From: Ophelia neglecta
Taxonomy: Eukaryota
Length of the DNA stretch: 64,000 nt
Reading direction: 5' to 3'
Assembly: GCA_965285935.1 (NCBI GenBank)
Contig: OZ260661.1
Location: 135,222,001 to 135,286,000, forward strand
A program made the translations under genes and the position numbers. Below, piece after piece: positions 1 to 11,407 of the stretch. Numbering within the stretch: the first letter of the stretch is position 1; each line of letters begins with the position of its first letter. Below the pieces are notes generated by a model. That model searched no databases and had not been told where the DNA came from. It saw nothing but the letters and a program-made list of their open reading frames with translations.

Positions 1-67
1 ATTCCAAGCCAAATCATATTATCGTAGTACATTATAGATAACTAGGGTGGAGTTATTGAGGTGTCAG

Positions 68-3000
68 CTACAATCGATATATTAACTGACCCGTACTGCT
101 ACTAGTACTGGCATCTAAGCTAGAATCCATTTCAGTGTCATCATAACCAGCATTGACACCAGTATTATCCGGCGGAGTTATTGAACTGCTTGTATCTGGT
201 GCGCCAAACATTACATTATCTTTAACAGATTGAAACATATTTGTGTCAGGAATATCACCATCATCATCCTGGACATCCCTATGTATGTTTTGAGAAATGG
301 GATTTTGATGATTGCCATAGTTGTCAGATATTGTCGCATTATTCTGCGCTGGTGCTGACTTCATTTTATCCGGTGAGCGCAGAATAAAATTATCATTAAC
401 AGTGTGAGGCACATTCATGTCTGAAACACTACCTCCATCTTTCTGGGAGTTGCTTTCGAAATCATCTACTTTTTGTGATATGGCACTTAGTTCGTCCTCA
501 ACGCTGCTAGGGGGCGCTGCATTAGTATCCATTTGTCCAGACTTAATCATTTCTGGGGCGGGGTTTATTACGTTAATGTCAATATCATCATCCTCGTCAC
601 CATAGGTCACCCCCTGTAGAATCTCTTCCTCGTCGTTTGCGATGTCACCGTAAGATGTATCTTCTTTGGATGTTACTTGGTTTTCCAGATCACTAGACTT
701 ATCATGCTCTGTGTAATCGTAGAGGTCACTCACCGACTCAGTTTTCAAAAACAAACTGTTAATAATATAAAAAGTCGATAAACAGCATTATTCATATAAA
801 TGTTGAATGGGCTATGCCCAGTTATCATGTTAATGGTTGAACGTTTGTATATAGAACTTAGCTTTCGACAAAGAAGTTGTAAGAATCATATTAAATAGCC
901 TTACCTTCCCTTCCCTAACAAATAAAATACGATCACAGAAATCACGACAATCAGTACGAGGCCAATGGACACTCCAATGTAAACATATTTAATGGTCTCC
1001 GGATCAATAACTGTAACGTGAACAATAAGATAAAACCACATTAAAGAAAAAACTTCAAAAATAAATAATACAAATCATCAAATTATTGATTAAGAACCTT
1101 TACATGCAAGGTATTTATATAAATTAAATTTTAACCATCATTACCTACCAGTAGCATTTCTGTAAGTGATATCGGATGAGGCGGTCGAAAACGATGATAT
1201 AACAGTCACTTCTGCATCGGATGCTGCGACAGAGACTGTTGGCTTTGACGGATTAAAGATGCCTGATGCTGGCTGATTGTCGTCTGCTAAAAAATATGTG
1301 ATAACAACAGTAATTATAATGTGTTCATTGTGTACAAATTGGCACGTACGAGCATTTTTACTAGAGTATGGTTCTAATAATTAAGTACCTTTAAATTGAT
1401 TAACTCCTGTCTTTTCTCATTTGTTGTATTTCGAAATATTGTATCAAGCGGTAAATTGTTTATAGAACTCTCCCTTGAGGAGGAATAAAAGTATACATAA
1501 CTTTCATCGTGTAATGTGTGGTCGGTTTGATTTTCAGGGTAAACTCGTGTTATTTCATTTAAATTCGTGCGATGTCGGCTGATTCTGCGCATACTTCGGT
1601 TAAATCGGATTATGATACAGGCTTATTCCGTGTGAAATTACCCGAATTTAACCTCGCCCTTCATACTTACCAGTTCTTTCACAAATATATCTGTACGTCT
1701 CGTTGGGACTAGCGTCAATCCATTTCCCGATGTACATGCGGACATATCCAGTATAATTCATGGGGTAAGTTCCCAACCAGTTTTGCCAGCTGTACAATTC
1801 CCCGCTTAACCAGGTCCAGTCAGCTCGTCTCTGAGTTAAAGGATGAGGCCTATTTTGAAGTGGAAACGCCTTCCTTAATCCGATCCAAAAGTGGTTTTTA
1901 TTGTATTTCCATGCGCATGTCCCGCTCTGTTGGCAGTCATTACTGTATTTCAAACGTAATACATTACTTCTCGGTCATGGCACATATTGTTATCTAATAT
2001 TTTGAAAAGCATGAGTAGATAATATTTCGGCTCAGAGTGTACATTTTGAATAATTTCTGGAAAAAAGAGATTTATATTTGAATTATTTTTGTTTCCCCCG
2101 AAATGCAAAACAAATGTATTGAGTATCTTACACTTTGTTCACAAGCATTATTGTTTCCAAAGGACTAGTGACCGACACAAGTTTAGCCCCTAGTCTGATA
2201 CAGTCAACATCGGCTTCATTGTATGTTTTTATTTCGTTTTGTCCAGAAACGTGGTAGCAGTGTCCACCGAAATGAGACCAATTTCCCCTAAAACTGCATT
2301 GAGCAGCAACACCTACAATGAAAATGCGTGATATTGGATAATGCTACAGAGGATGGGCGTGGTTTTGATAAACAGGGATTGTGAATAATAAAACATCAGT
2401 TAAACGAACTTGGTCTGCTTAAACACTAGCCGCATACAGGACGCGATTTATAGGCGGACACACCCTACAAACACTGTGTTACCCGGCGTATATATTGTGA
2501 CCTTACATACCACAACGCGGTGTTATTTTCTCAACCTGAAAACGTTTTACCTAATAGTATTCTCGTTGTAAAACAGGTAAAATTAAGATAATACAGTGAA
2601 ACCTGTGTTTGTTGTCACCGATGTAATAAGGTCACCTGTCCACTTAGGTCACTAGATATAAGCACAATCCCCATGTATGCCTGTGTTAACTGACCTGCAT
2701 ATTAAGGTCACTTTCTAATGTGTTCAGTTTTTTCCAGTCCCTTGACTGTTCTGATTAGACAGGTTTCACTGTACATATCTAAGGCTGTTGATTAAACGCG
2801 GAGGTGCGGAGGCTATGCGGAGGCGGAGGTCATGAGGATTTCTGAGTGGCATGAATAATCGTCAGCAAGGAAAGGGTTAGGACGGAGGGTTAATTTAAGG
2901 GTTAGGGGAAGGGTTAGGGACAGGTTTGATAGGTCTAGTGCTCTGTTCTAATTTCGGGATTTACCTCTGCAAGGCTCCGCGCCTCCGCTTTTAATCAAAA

Positions 3001-3176
3001 GCCCATATCTAATGCCGAATTATACGTTTTGGTATAGTTGATATATATAATATAGTCTTACAAAACGACTAGAGTAAGAATAGTAACATATATCATGTAA
3101 GTATAATTATTTGTAATTGTATGTAATGGAACCTACCTGCTAAACACACCAATACTATAAACGGTATAAGCATCAT
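68..3176 (-). CDS. G0: divergent type I transmembrane C-type lectin-like receptor with long acidic Tyr-containing tail (~474 aa)
   Basis: Exons with GT-AG sites: 3137-3176 (MMLIPFIVLVCLA, signal), 2132-2312 (CSFRGNWSHFGGHCYHVS..C..LGAKLVSV), 1671-1942 (FWIGL..W.W..WQNW..WID..YICE), 1149-1286 (S/T stalk), 905-1010 (TM YVYIGVSIGLVLIVVISVIVFYLL), 68-755 (acidic tail). Phases 1,2,1,1,2; total 1425 nt, open. A possible GTCAGT donor near 85-90 means the 3' end could extend beyond the window. Confidence 0.85.
2594..2771. mobile_element. Tc1/mariner (pogo/Tigger-like) MITE in G0 intron 1
   Basis: 13-bp TIRs CAGTGAAACCTGT / ACAGGTTTCACTG flanked by TA on both sides. Confidence 0.85.
2783..3003. mobile_element. 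Non-autonomous DNA transposon (MITE) with 9-bp TSD, Mutator/Merlin-like
   Basis: Imperfect ~29-bp TIRs GGCTGTTGATTAAACGCGGAGGTGCGGAG / CTCCGCGCCTCCGCTTTTAATCAAAAGCC; direct repeat CATATCTAA at 2774-2782 and 3004-3012; internal GGGTTA-like units. Confidence 0.85.
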
Positions 3177-4026
3177 GACTTCATCACTTTCCGATTTTAG
3201 ATTTTGGATCAGTGCTCTACAATTCAACACGTCGTCTGCTCTATATTGACTGATACTGTAGAGAAGGGATACCAACTAGTGTACAGGGATTCAGTGTCTT
3301 GCATATGTGCGAGTGGTTAACGTTCTAGATGGTGTCTTTCAGACCAAAGTCCGAGGTGAAACATCATCCGTGAAATTTGTCATTTATTCATCACTAGAAG
3401 ACGCCTAACGTGAATTGGCCATGAATCATTTCCCGCCTTGTCCCGCCTGTGTAATACTAAACGTGCATACTATCGAGCTTCTTAGTACGGGCCATGCATG
3501 TTGAAGCAACTTAAGCGACAGTATTTTGATCATTTAAAAAAATATGATAAGTTGCACCAAACCCTGTCACCTAAAGAATAGAAATGTGAAGAAAACTCGT
3601 TGGTAGCAGAAAAAGTCAATTTGCGGGTGACGTCAAGCAGGGGAGCTGTTCTTACAACATACCAGTATTACCTGCAGCTGAGTGCGGCGCCTGCCTCAGC
3701 AGCTCAGTTCTTTAGATCGCTACCTTGTGCTAAGCATTTTGATAAGTTGGAGGCCTGTTCAAGTCTCATCACTGAACTTTTAAATTACATTTTGAACACT
3801 CTTGTTAAGTACTGTTTTGTTGCCGAACCTCAAGGTATACATAGTAGCAAAGTTTACAATATATCGTTTTTTGTGTTTTTAAAGAAATCAACTGTTTTTT
3901 ATCCTAAAAAGTCCCGGTGGAGAAGTCCCATGCATGCCTTGTCGCGGTATGACTTGAGGTGTGCGTGGAATAACGATTACTGGAGTACGAGATGATACCC
4001 CTCAAATCTATCCCTGATCTCCCAAT

Positions 4027-4366
4027 ATATTCCAAAGCGTGGCCGAGTGGTTAGGGCGTCCGCTTTGCAAGTGGTAGATCGGGGTTCAAATCTCGATTGC
4101 GTCAAACCCAAGACGTAAATATAGGTATTGATAGCTCCCCTGCCAGGCGCCTGGTATTTCCAGGGAAGTAACAGAACTAATCAACACAGTGTCAGTATAT
4201 TGTGACTGGGTGAGGTTCCCTGTCTGGTGTCTACGGCAGGTACTCCAGTGAGGCAGCACTCTAAAGCGGGCATTGGACCCACTGTCACAAGTAGGCAACG
4301 TGGTGATATGACCATATAAGTGTTGATAGCCACGTAAAACCCCAAACAACCAACAAACCAATTATA
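4027..4366 (+). mobile_element. tRNA-derived SINE
   Basis: Pol III A box TGGCCGAGTGG (4040-4050) and B box GGTTCAAATC (4083-4092), ~260-bp non-tRNA body, (CAAA/CAAC)-type tail at ~4343-4362; possible 8-bp TSD CTCCCAAT (4019-4026, 4367-4374). Confidence 0.85.
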
Positions 4367-4739
4367 CTCCCAATGTTCACCAAGTCCACCTTCCATGAAT
4401 ATAAGAGAGAGTCCTTGGTGTGGAAGTTTAATAACCGTCACTATATGAACCACACGAAGCTATATAAATGTGCTACCCGTGGTGGGATGTGACCTCGGGA
4501 TCTACAATTGGTTTATGATATCTGTATCTAAAAGATTTTTTTCCTATTTAAACTTGCTTTCTTTATGTGACGGGTCTCTGCTGTAAGATGGACCATGAAA
4601 ATATCTTAAAGGTGATTTCAGTTCAAATCCAATACCGCGGTAAGGTCATATTCTACAGTACATTCCTTAGAATTAGTTTGCTAAAGAGAAAATAAATCAT
4701 TTAGACTGAATACCTTTTGCAGGGAGCATGGAAATGTGT

Positions 4740-4767
4740 GGGGGGGGGGGTGGGGGGGGGGGGGGGG
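4740..4767 (+). repeat. poly-G tract
   Basis: Near-pure G run interrupted by one T; similar homopolymers at ~41113-41127 (C) and ~57451-57467 (G). Confidence 0.9.
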
Positions 4768-5528
4768 TGCAAGGCCCTACTTGAATTTTTCATAGGCATT
4801 TTCTTTCACCTTCTGTATCATATAAACTGTGGTATCCTTAATAGAGGAATGCCTAACATAACTTACTGTCAAGGCTGGTAAACAAAAAAAGACCAGTTTT
4901 GACGTGTTGCGGGCATTGTTTATTGACATTATAAAATTTTGAGAAAGTATTACTTTACATCTCCTTCATCCATGCAGTGCACTTACAATACTAATCAAAG
5001 CATTTCGCTGGAAGCCGACGCTGTTCAGAGCGGTGCGTAGCTTGCGCGTACTACACACAACATTTTATATGTATCAAATACATAAACACATGAAGCGCAT
5101 ATTGCTCCCATTCATACCAACCATGACAATAAACCGTCTTGCATTTACTCTATACCAAGTATATCTTTGAATTAAAATTTTAGCTTAAATTGTCTTTATC
5201 ATGGTGCAGGTTTCGCAAACATTCATATAAAATTATGCTTTGTTTTATTATCAGCTCTTTAGATTAGATTCCTATTATTATGTACATGACCAACCGTCCC
5301 AGCGGGTTAATTTATATCGACATGCGATGATATGATTATATTTTCATAATGGTGGCATAACTGATAAATTAACCAACCCCTATAATATGCTGTCGAAAGG
5401 TTCCACCAAGTATATTCTGACAGACACCAGTATCTCGCCGCCCTGATCATCAGAGCACGAACCGTAGGCACACGACACAGCAAACTACAACTACTTTTTT
5501 ACATTGATTTAAGAATGTGCATCAACAT

Positions 5529-5772
5529 GGCATACTGGAAAAGCTGATACGAAAAACGAAGGAAATACGAGATACACAGATACGAAAAATTAAGATTGAG
5601 TTGGATTATGACAGGGTAAGGGGTAGGGTTAAGCTAGCAACCTAACTAAACCATAACTTACTTCATCCTTCACCCTAACCCTAACCTAGTCCATATGGCT
5701 ACGTTTTAAACACCTCGTATCTCGTATCTGCGTCTCGTATCTGCTATTTCGTGTCAACTTTTCCAGTATGCC
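5529..5772. mobile_element. Non-autonomous DNA transposon (MITE) with 9-bp TSD, Mutator/Merlin-like
   Basis: TIRs GGCATACTGGAAAAG / CTTTTCCAGTATGCC with subterminal GATACGA repeats; TSD CATCAACAT at 5520-5528 and 5773-5781; internal GGGTTA / TAACCC-like units. Confidence 0.88.
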
Positions 5773-8646
5773 CATCAACATTGTGGTTATTAGCAAACCT
5801 GATGGTAAAATATTCATAGCTGATTTAAATTTAAACGCACATGATATAATGCATAGGTGAACATGGGCTAAAAACAAATCAGATTGAACTGTACATCTAC
5901 ATTATACAAGTAGGGGTTCAAAATTATTGCATGGGATTACACTTTGTATTTAACAGTTAAAGCAAAAAAATGAAATTTGAGGTTTGTTCAGTGATTTATT
6001 TAATCTGAGTTTGGGTTAAAGTTAAGTAACTATCAACGATTTAGTATTATTTAAAAGGTAGGCTCTTAGTGGCTCCCATTTCATGGGTAACATAGTTCAC
6101 GCTATGTTATTGATTGTCATGGCATTGACCTAGCATTTCAGTTGTACGGCTTTTCAAGGTGTCTACCGACCGTGTCGTCATCAACATTACCTTTGTACAT
6201 CACTAGACACAACAAATACATAGACTGGTAACCTACATGGCATTGCTGTCCCTCCGTTAAGGACACTAATCTAGAGAGACCAGCTGGCAAAATAAACACG
6301 CCTTCTGCGTCACTCTTATAAAAGGAAATCTTAATTATGTAAACAGTTTTGTGAGCCAGTGAATATTTAACGATAGTTTATTAATCTAGGTGTAATACCT
6401 ATTTTACAAACCCCTTTCCTTCATATAGTTTGAACGTTCACCCTGTTGTATTAAAAGACATTCAGACGGTAAATCACCCCATGCCTAATTCCAGAAAATA
6501 AACAGTTAACATCTTTGCTAGCACAGAAAGCAAAAAGTCTCAAAAACAAAACTGCTGTGAAAAGTACATTGAGTAAGTACCAACTCCTTTTTGGACGCTT
6601 CACAAAGCTGTGCACCTACAATCATTTAAACAATTTTACTGTATTGCATTCAACTCCAAAGGATACTGGGTTTTCTAAGTAAACATATTAAAATCGGAAA
6701 CTATTAGTTAATATCACGTCCTAAACTTAGGCAAATCTGTCAACAACGACAGCAATTTTTCATCCTGGTCCGTGATTCATTTTATCCTGGTCACGTGATA
6801 AATTACATCCCACTCAACCTTTGCCGAAATCGCCGTCGGTTTACCCCATACCATAGTGTCATGTGAATGTCTTGTTTGAACTATTTCGGAAAAAAACTCT
6901 GCGTTTAGCTTAGTTTTAAGATATGATCCTGATGGATTTCATCTGTATACACTTGTGAGTTATAGCAATGACGTATATTTTTTTATTACCTGTGTGCAGA
7001 ATCCACAACATCATGCGTTGGCTGCTCAGCTTATAGTTGAACATGTAAAAAGACAACGATAACAGGTAATTGTTGTCCTATTCCATTTTAAGATGCAATG
7101 ATGTTTTAAGTCCTTTGCTATTCTTGTGTTTATAAAGACAAATCCACAATCATTAGAGTCACGTTTTTGATAGAGCTTCATACATTGTATAATCTCAAAG
7201 GGCATTTGTTAATCGTTGACCTACATTGATCACTGACTTGTTTTGTGCCCTATGCACCATGGAAAACGACTGAGCTTATTTCTTTTCTTATTTTTGCTAT
7301 TTTCGAAAAAGCTTAATTACAAGTAAGGAACTAACGGTTCCTGTTCGAGCGCCTTCTCTTGACTATTCGTAAAAAAATTGATGGGTAATTCTTAATTGTT
7401 GATATTACACCGTCTGCAGGTTACCCCCCATGTTTCTCCTACGCTGGGTTTTAGACGGTAAGCGTCCCCGGGCACAGCTTATATTAACATTAACCCATGA
7501 TAGGTCCCATCAGCCTTAAGCCATCAATATCATAAACTGAAATTGCTAACCAGAGGCGTGATCTGTGGAACAAATAGATACAGATTTTTCTGAAATAAAG
7601 TTATATTTTAGTCGCCCTATTTTACCGTTTGGGGGAGATGGCTGCACATAGTTATTCTATGAATTTACTTTCAACCATGTGAATACTTAAACCTTTATAC
7701 AAACAGTCATAAGGTCATATACCAGGACACGTCAGTGGAAATAAATGCCGATGTGTGTCAACCATGTACAGTCTACCATGACGCAGTGCCGTCAACTGTC
7801 ATGATATGCATATATGGCTGGTGATTTATTCATAACTGAATACATCTTAACGCAGGGTAGATAGGGAATAAGGCATACTAGCCAGTTGGCATTGTTGTTG
7901 CTATCCCCAAAGTTCATATGAGGGGCAAACATAGATGTGTGCGTGTGTAAAATCGGACTGCAATTGTTCAGCGTGGATATGCTGGTCCCTATATCATAGA
8001 ACCATCATATTTAGCTTCACACACCACATTAACAGTCAAGATTGGACCATAGTTTTACATTGTCTCGAACTATTCAGTTCGCTCCCGGATCTTACGAAAA
8101 AGCAACCACAAACCGTAATTTCATAGTTATGAAACCCACAATTCTGTTCAATAAGAACATAAAGGACTATTTGAAAGGATTGAAGATAGGAAAAAAGAAA
8201 CACTCAAAGGCCTGGTGCAACCCATATCGGTTTTATATTGATTTACTTAATTGTGGCTCACAGTGGCTTGCGAAATCAGTCAACTGCACAGTGGTATGTT
8301 GCCGAATACAAAAAAAATAAGTAAACTAAAGGGTCTATATTCAAGATGAACAAGGTAACTATCATAGTACTATCACAGCTCCAAACAGATTCAAAACTTA
8401 ACTGCTATTACAAAGCATGGTTTGGGGTAACCTAATGTAATTCATATGCAATCGTTTATCACACAGTAACATGAAACGTTTAATAATAAGATTAAGAAAT
8501 GTATATACGTATATATGATTTCATGATTGTTTTAGAAGCTAGAATCATATGTATATATATATGTATGCACACTCGCCTCTCACTTAGTGATATTCAGGTT
8601 ATGTGAAATTTTAATCCACATACAAAGTATTAGTTTTAGAATTGTG

Positions 8647-11367
8647 TTAACTTGGAAGAGTCCTGGCGTATGTGCTATTTTCCACCACAGTCAAATCCTC
8701 GTCGTTTTCAAAACTAGATCTTTTTTTGCGTTTATCTCTCTTTTGTGGCTGTGCATATAAAGCTGCAACTCCAAGATTGTTAGGTGTATTGTAAGTCATC
8801 GTCGATTTTTTTGAGCTCTTATCAATTTCCGCGTACATTGGGCTAACTTCATCAGAATTAGCATTGTGTCCCGGGGGAAGCTGTGTGTCGTAGGAGTACT
8901 GGTTTGCGGCATTAGCTTGTGAGTTTGCATTCTTATTGCTTTTGGGTGTGCCACGATTGTTGAGGTCTTCCCTTATGTTGTCGTACCTATCATTAGTCTG
9001 TGTGGCCTTGGCCCTGCAGGAAAACAAAAAGTCATTTGATATCACATTAGCCAAACCCGTAAAACATGCAACTATATTACGAGAAGAGATAAGCACTATT
9101 TATATATATTTCAATATTTTCAAATGACACGTACAATTGCACCGTTGACATTGTATATCACTTTGTAATATCACAAGCCTCATTTATAAATTCATTCGCT
9201 TCTGCCAGTCTACTCAAGAAAGATATCTTACCTTCGTTTCAGACACAGAACAAATACCACAGCAATAACTATGATTGTGACACCACCCAACGCCGCTCCG
9301 ATATATATATAAATACTGGTACCTGGAAAAGTAATATTATGATAACATTAAACAATGTATGTTTTTCAGTTTTCTCGAAATATTGTTGGTTGGTGGCACG
9401 TGTCAATCTGACAGCGACCTGTCTCCGAGTATAACATTGATATTAAGGCTAATTTTCTGAAACATTCATAGTTTTCACCTTGATCACTGTTGTCAGAGAT
9501 GTCAGTGGTTGCCTTGGTTGTAAGTTTAGTTTGAGATGTTGGAGCTGATGTATTATTGTATCCTGGTATATTTTTGGTAGAGCCATTCCTTTGCATAGTT
9601 GTCATCGCTGTTGTCGTCGCCTTGTTAGAGACATTGCCTTGTTGGGGTCTTATACTGGATGATATCGAAGTTTCTGCATCTGAGCAAAATGACTTTGCAT
9701 GAACATGGATCGGATATATTAATTTGCGTTGATCAAATTACCAACCGCCAATTTTTTTTCAATGAGTTTGTCTTAACAAAGGGGGCACGTCCTATAATAG
9801 AACCTCAACGAACTACTGAAGATACATTGACTAGAATCAATTTCATTCGATTTACCTTTTTTTTCACATAGAAATCTATAATTTTTTCCTGGATCACCTG
9901 TCCCAGCCCATTTCCCGTCGATGCGCATCCTTGCATATCTCTCATTGACATTGGGTTCCCCGTCACCCCAATTTTGCCATTCATACCAAGCATCACCTAA
10001 CCATTCCCATCCATCTCGCCTCATTGTTTCGTTGTAGATGTTTGTTGAGCTTGAAACGTCCTTTGTTAATCCAATCCAGAATTGGTGCATTCTATCCTCG
10101 GAATCGCAAACCTCCCCCGACATACACTTTATCCTGGTTAAAATGTAAGAATAGGTCATAGCACATAGCCAATACAATAATGCTATAATATAGTAAATCC
10201 GTAAACAATTGAAAAACACACCACCCACCACATTATAGGTATTATTGAGAAAATGTAATGTTAGAATGACAGTACTAGGAAACAAATAGCATAACATTCG
10301 TTTCATTTCAATACTGTAAACATTAAAATTACAAGAATCTGTCTTACAGGTTTTCGACGACGAATTCGTTTTGTTCCTTGTTTTCCACTGATACTAGATT
10401 GGCATGCAATCCTTCACATCTGCTAACCGCTTCTGTGAAATTCCGCAGAATGTCCTTTCCTGAGACATAATAACATCTTCCATCATACGGAAACCACTCG
10501 CCGTCAAATACACATTGATTTGCTACAACTGTAACACAGTAAACATAGCGGGTCATACTCGGGTAATAAACTACCGGGAAGAAATGTTTGAGAGGGCGGG
10601 CATCTTAAGAAATAAATGCTTAGCTTGAAAGAAACAGGAATCACTTATGACTAACACTATAAATAATGCAATGGAGCTATCACATTTTTGTATCAGAATA
10701 AATTATAGGCCCAACAAAAGCAACCCTTCTTCCCCCAGGTACTTTCCCCGTTGTCTTCTGACCGATCAAATACAATAATGTTCGATGTATAAACGTGTAG
10801 TTAGCCAAATTAGGTACGATGCCATGTTTTCAATTAAGCCGCTTGGGGTGTTGTCCTTGGGTTCTTTTTATGAATTTCAAGCCTGTTTTTAGGGTCTTAG
10901 AATATAGCATGGCCATTTCCGACGGAACCAATGACTTTCGGATTATAGGCGTTTTAAGCATCATGAAGTTCCATCTAAAATGCCATTTAACCTGACGAGA
11001 GCTATCCACGTTTGAAGAAGGAACACATTTGGCTCATGAGCCCAAGAGTACTATTCGAACAATCACTGAATCCGTGAGCCTTGGAAATATACATAAACAT
11101 AACCCACTTCACCGCATTTACTATTATCATTTTTACTTATATTCGTAGCCACAAAACAAACTTTACCCGAATACGCACACGCCTTCGACTCCCTTCTTAG
11201 TTCTTCTTTAATTGTAATAGTGAACCAACACGCTAGCTATGAAAATGGAAATATTTGTATGTTCACATTGTATTGAGAACACCGAGGTGTCTCAATATGT
11301 GTATACACATACCTGTACACAATGTGACTGCCACTAAAACACCAAGAAACAGGTCGGTAGGATACAT
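8647..11367 (-). CDS. G1: type I transmembrane C-type lectin-like receptor, tail type A (~390 aa)
   Basis: Exons 11313-11367 (MYPTDLFLGVLVAVTLCT), 10348-10528, 9856-10133 (FWIGL..EPN..FLCE), 9479-9679 (Thr-rich stalk), 9232-9322 (TM IYIYIGAALGGVTIIVIAVVFVLCL), 8647-9013 (tail with YDNI, YSY, YAEI, YNTP, YAQP, ENSTY). All GT-AG, 1173 nt, open. Confidence 0.9.
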
Positions 11368-11389
11368 ATTGGGCCGAGATTGGGATATC

Positions 11390-11407
11390 CTACACCACAG
11401 CGGCCAT
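11390..11407 (-). promoter_or_regulatory. 5-codon upstream ORF 22 nt before the G1 start (also in G2-G7)
   Basis: ATG GCC GCT GTG GTG TAG; an equivalent ATG-4 codons-TAG lies at the same distance in all seven paralogs. Whether it is inside the mRNA is unknown. Confidence 0.45.

Noticed and set aside
2870-2920. Interstitial telomere
   Set aside because: Only a few degenerate hexamers, enclosed within TIR/TSD-bounded MITEs (also ~5612-5686).
4039-4110. tRNA gene
   Set aside because: A and B boxes are present, but I could not form a convincing acceptor stem and the sequence runs into a SINE body and simple-repeat tail.
11381-11391. NF-kB-like site GGGATATCC, and a CRE TGACGTCA at 3628-3635
   Set aside because: Short motifs expected by chance; the kB-like site is not kept in G5-G7 and the TSS is unknown.
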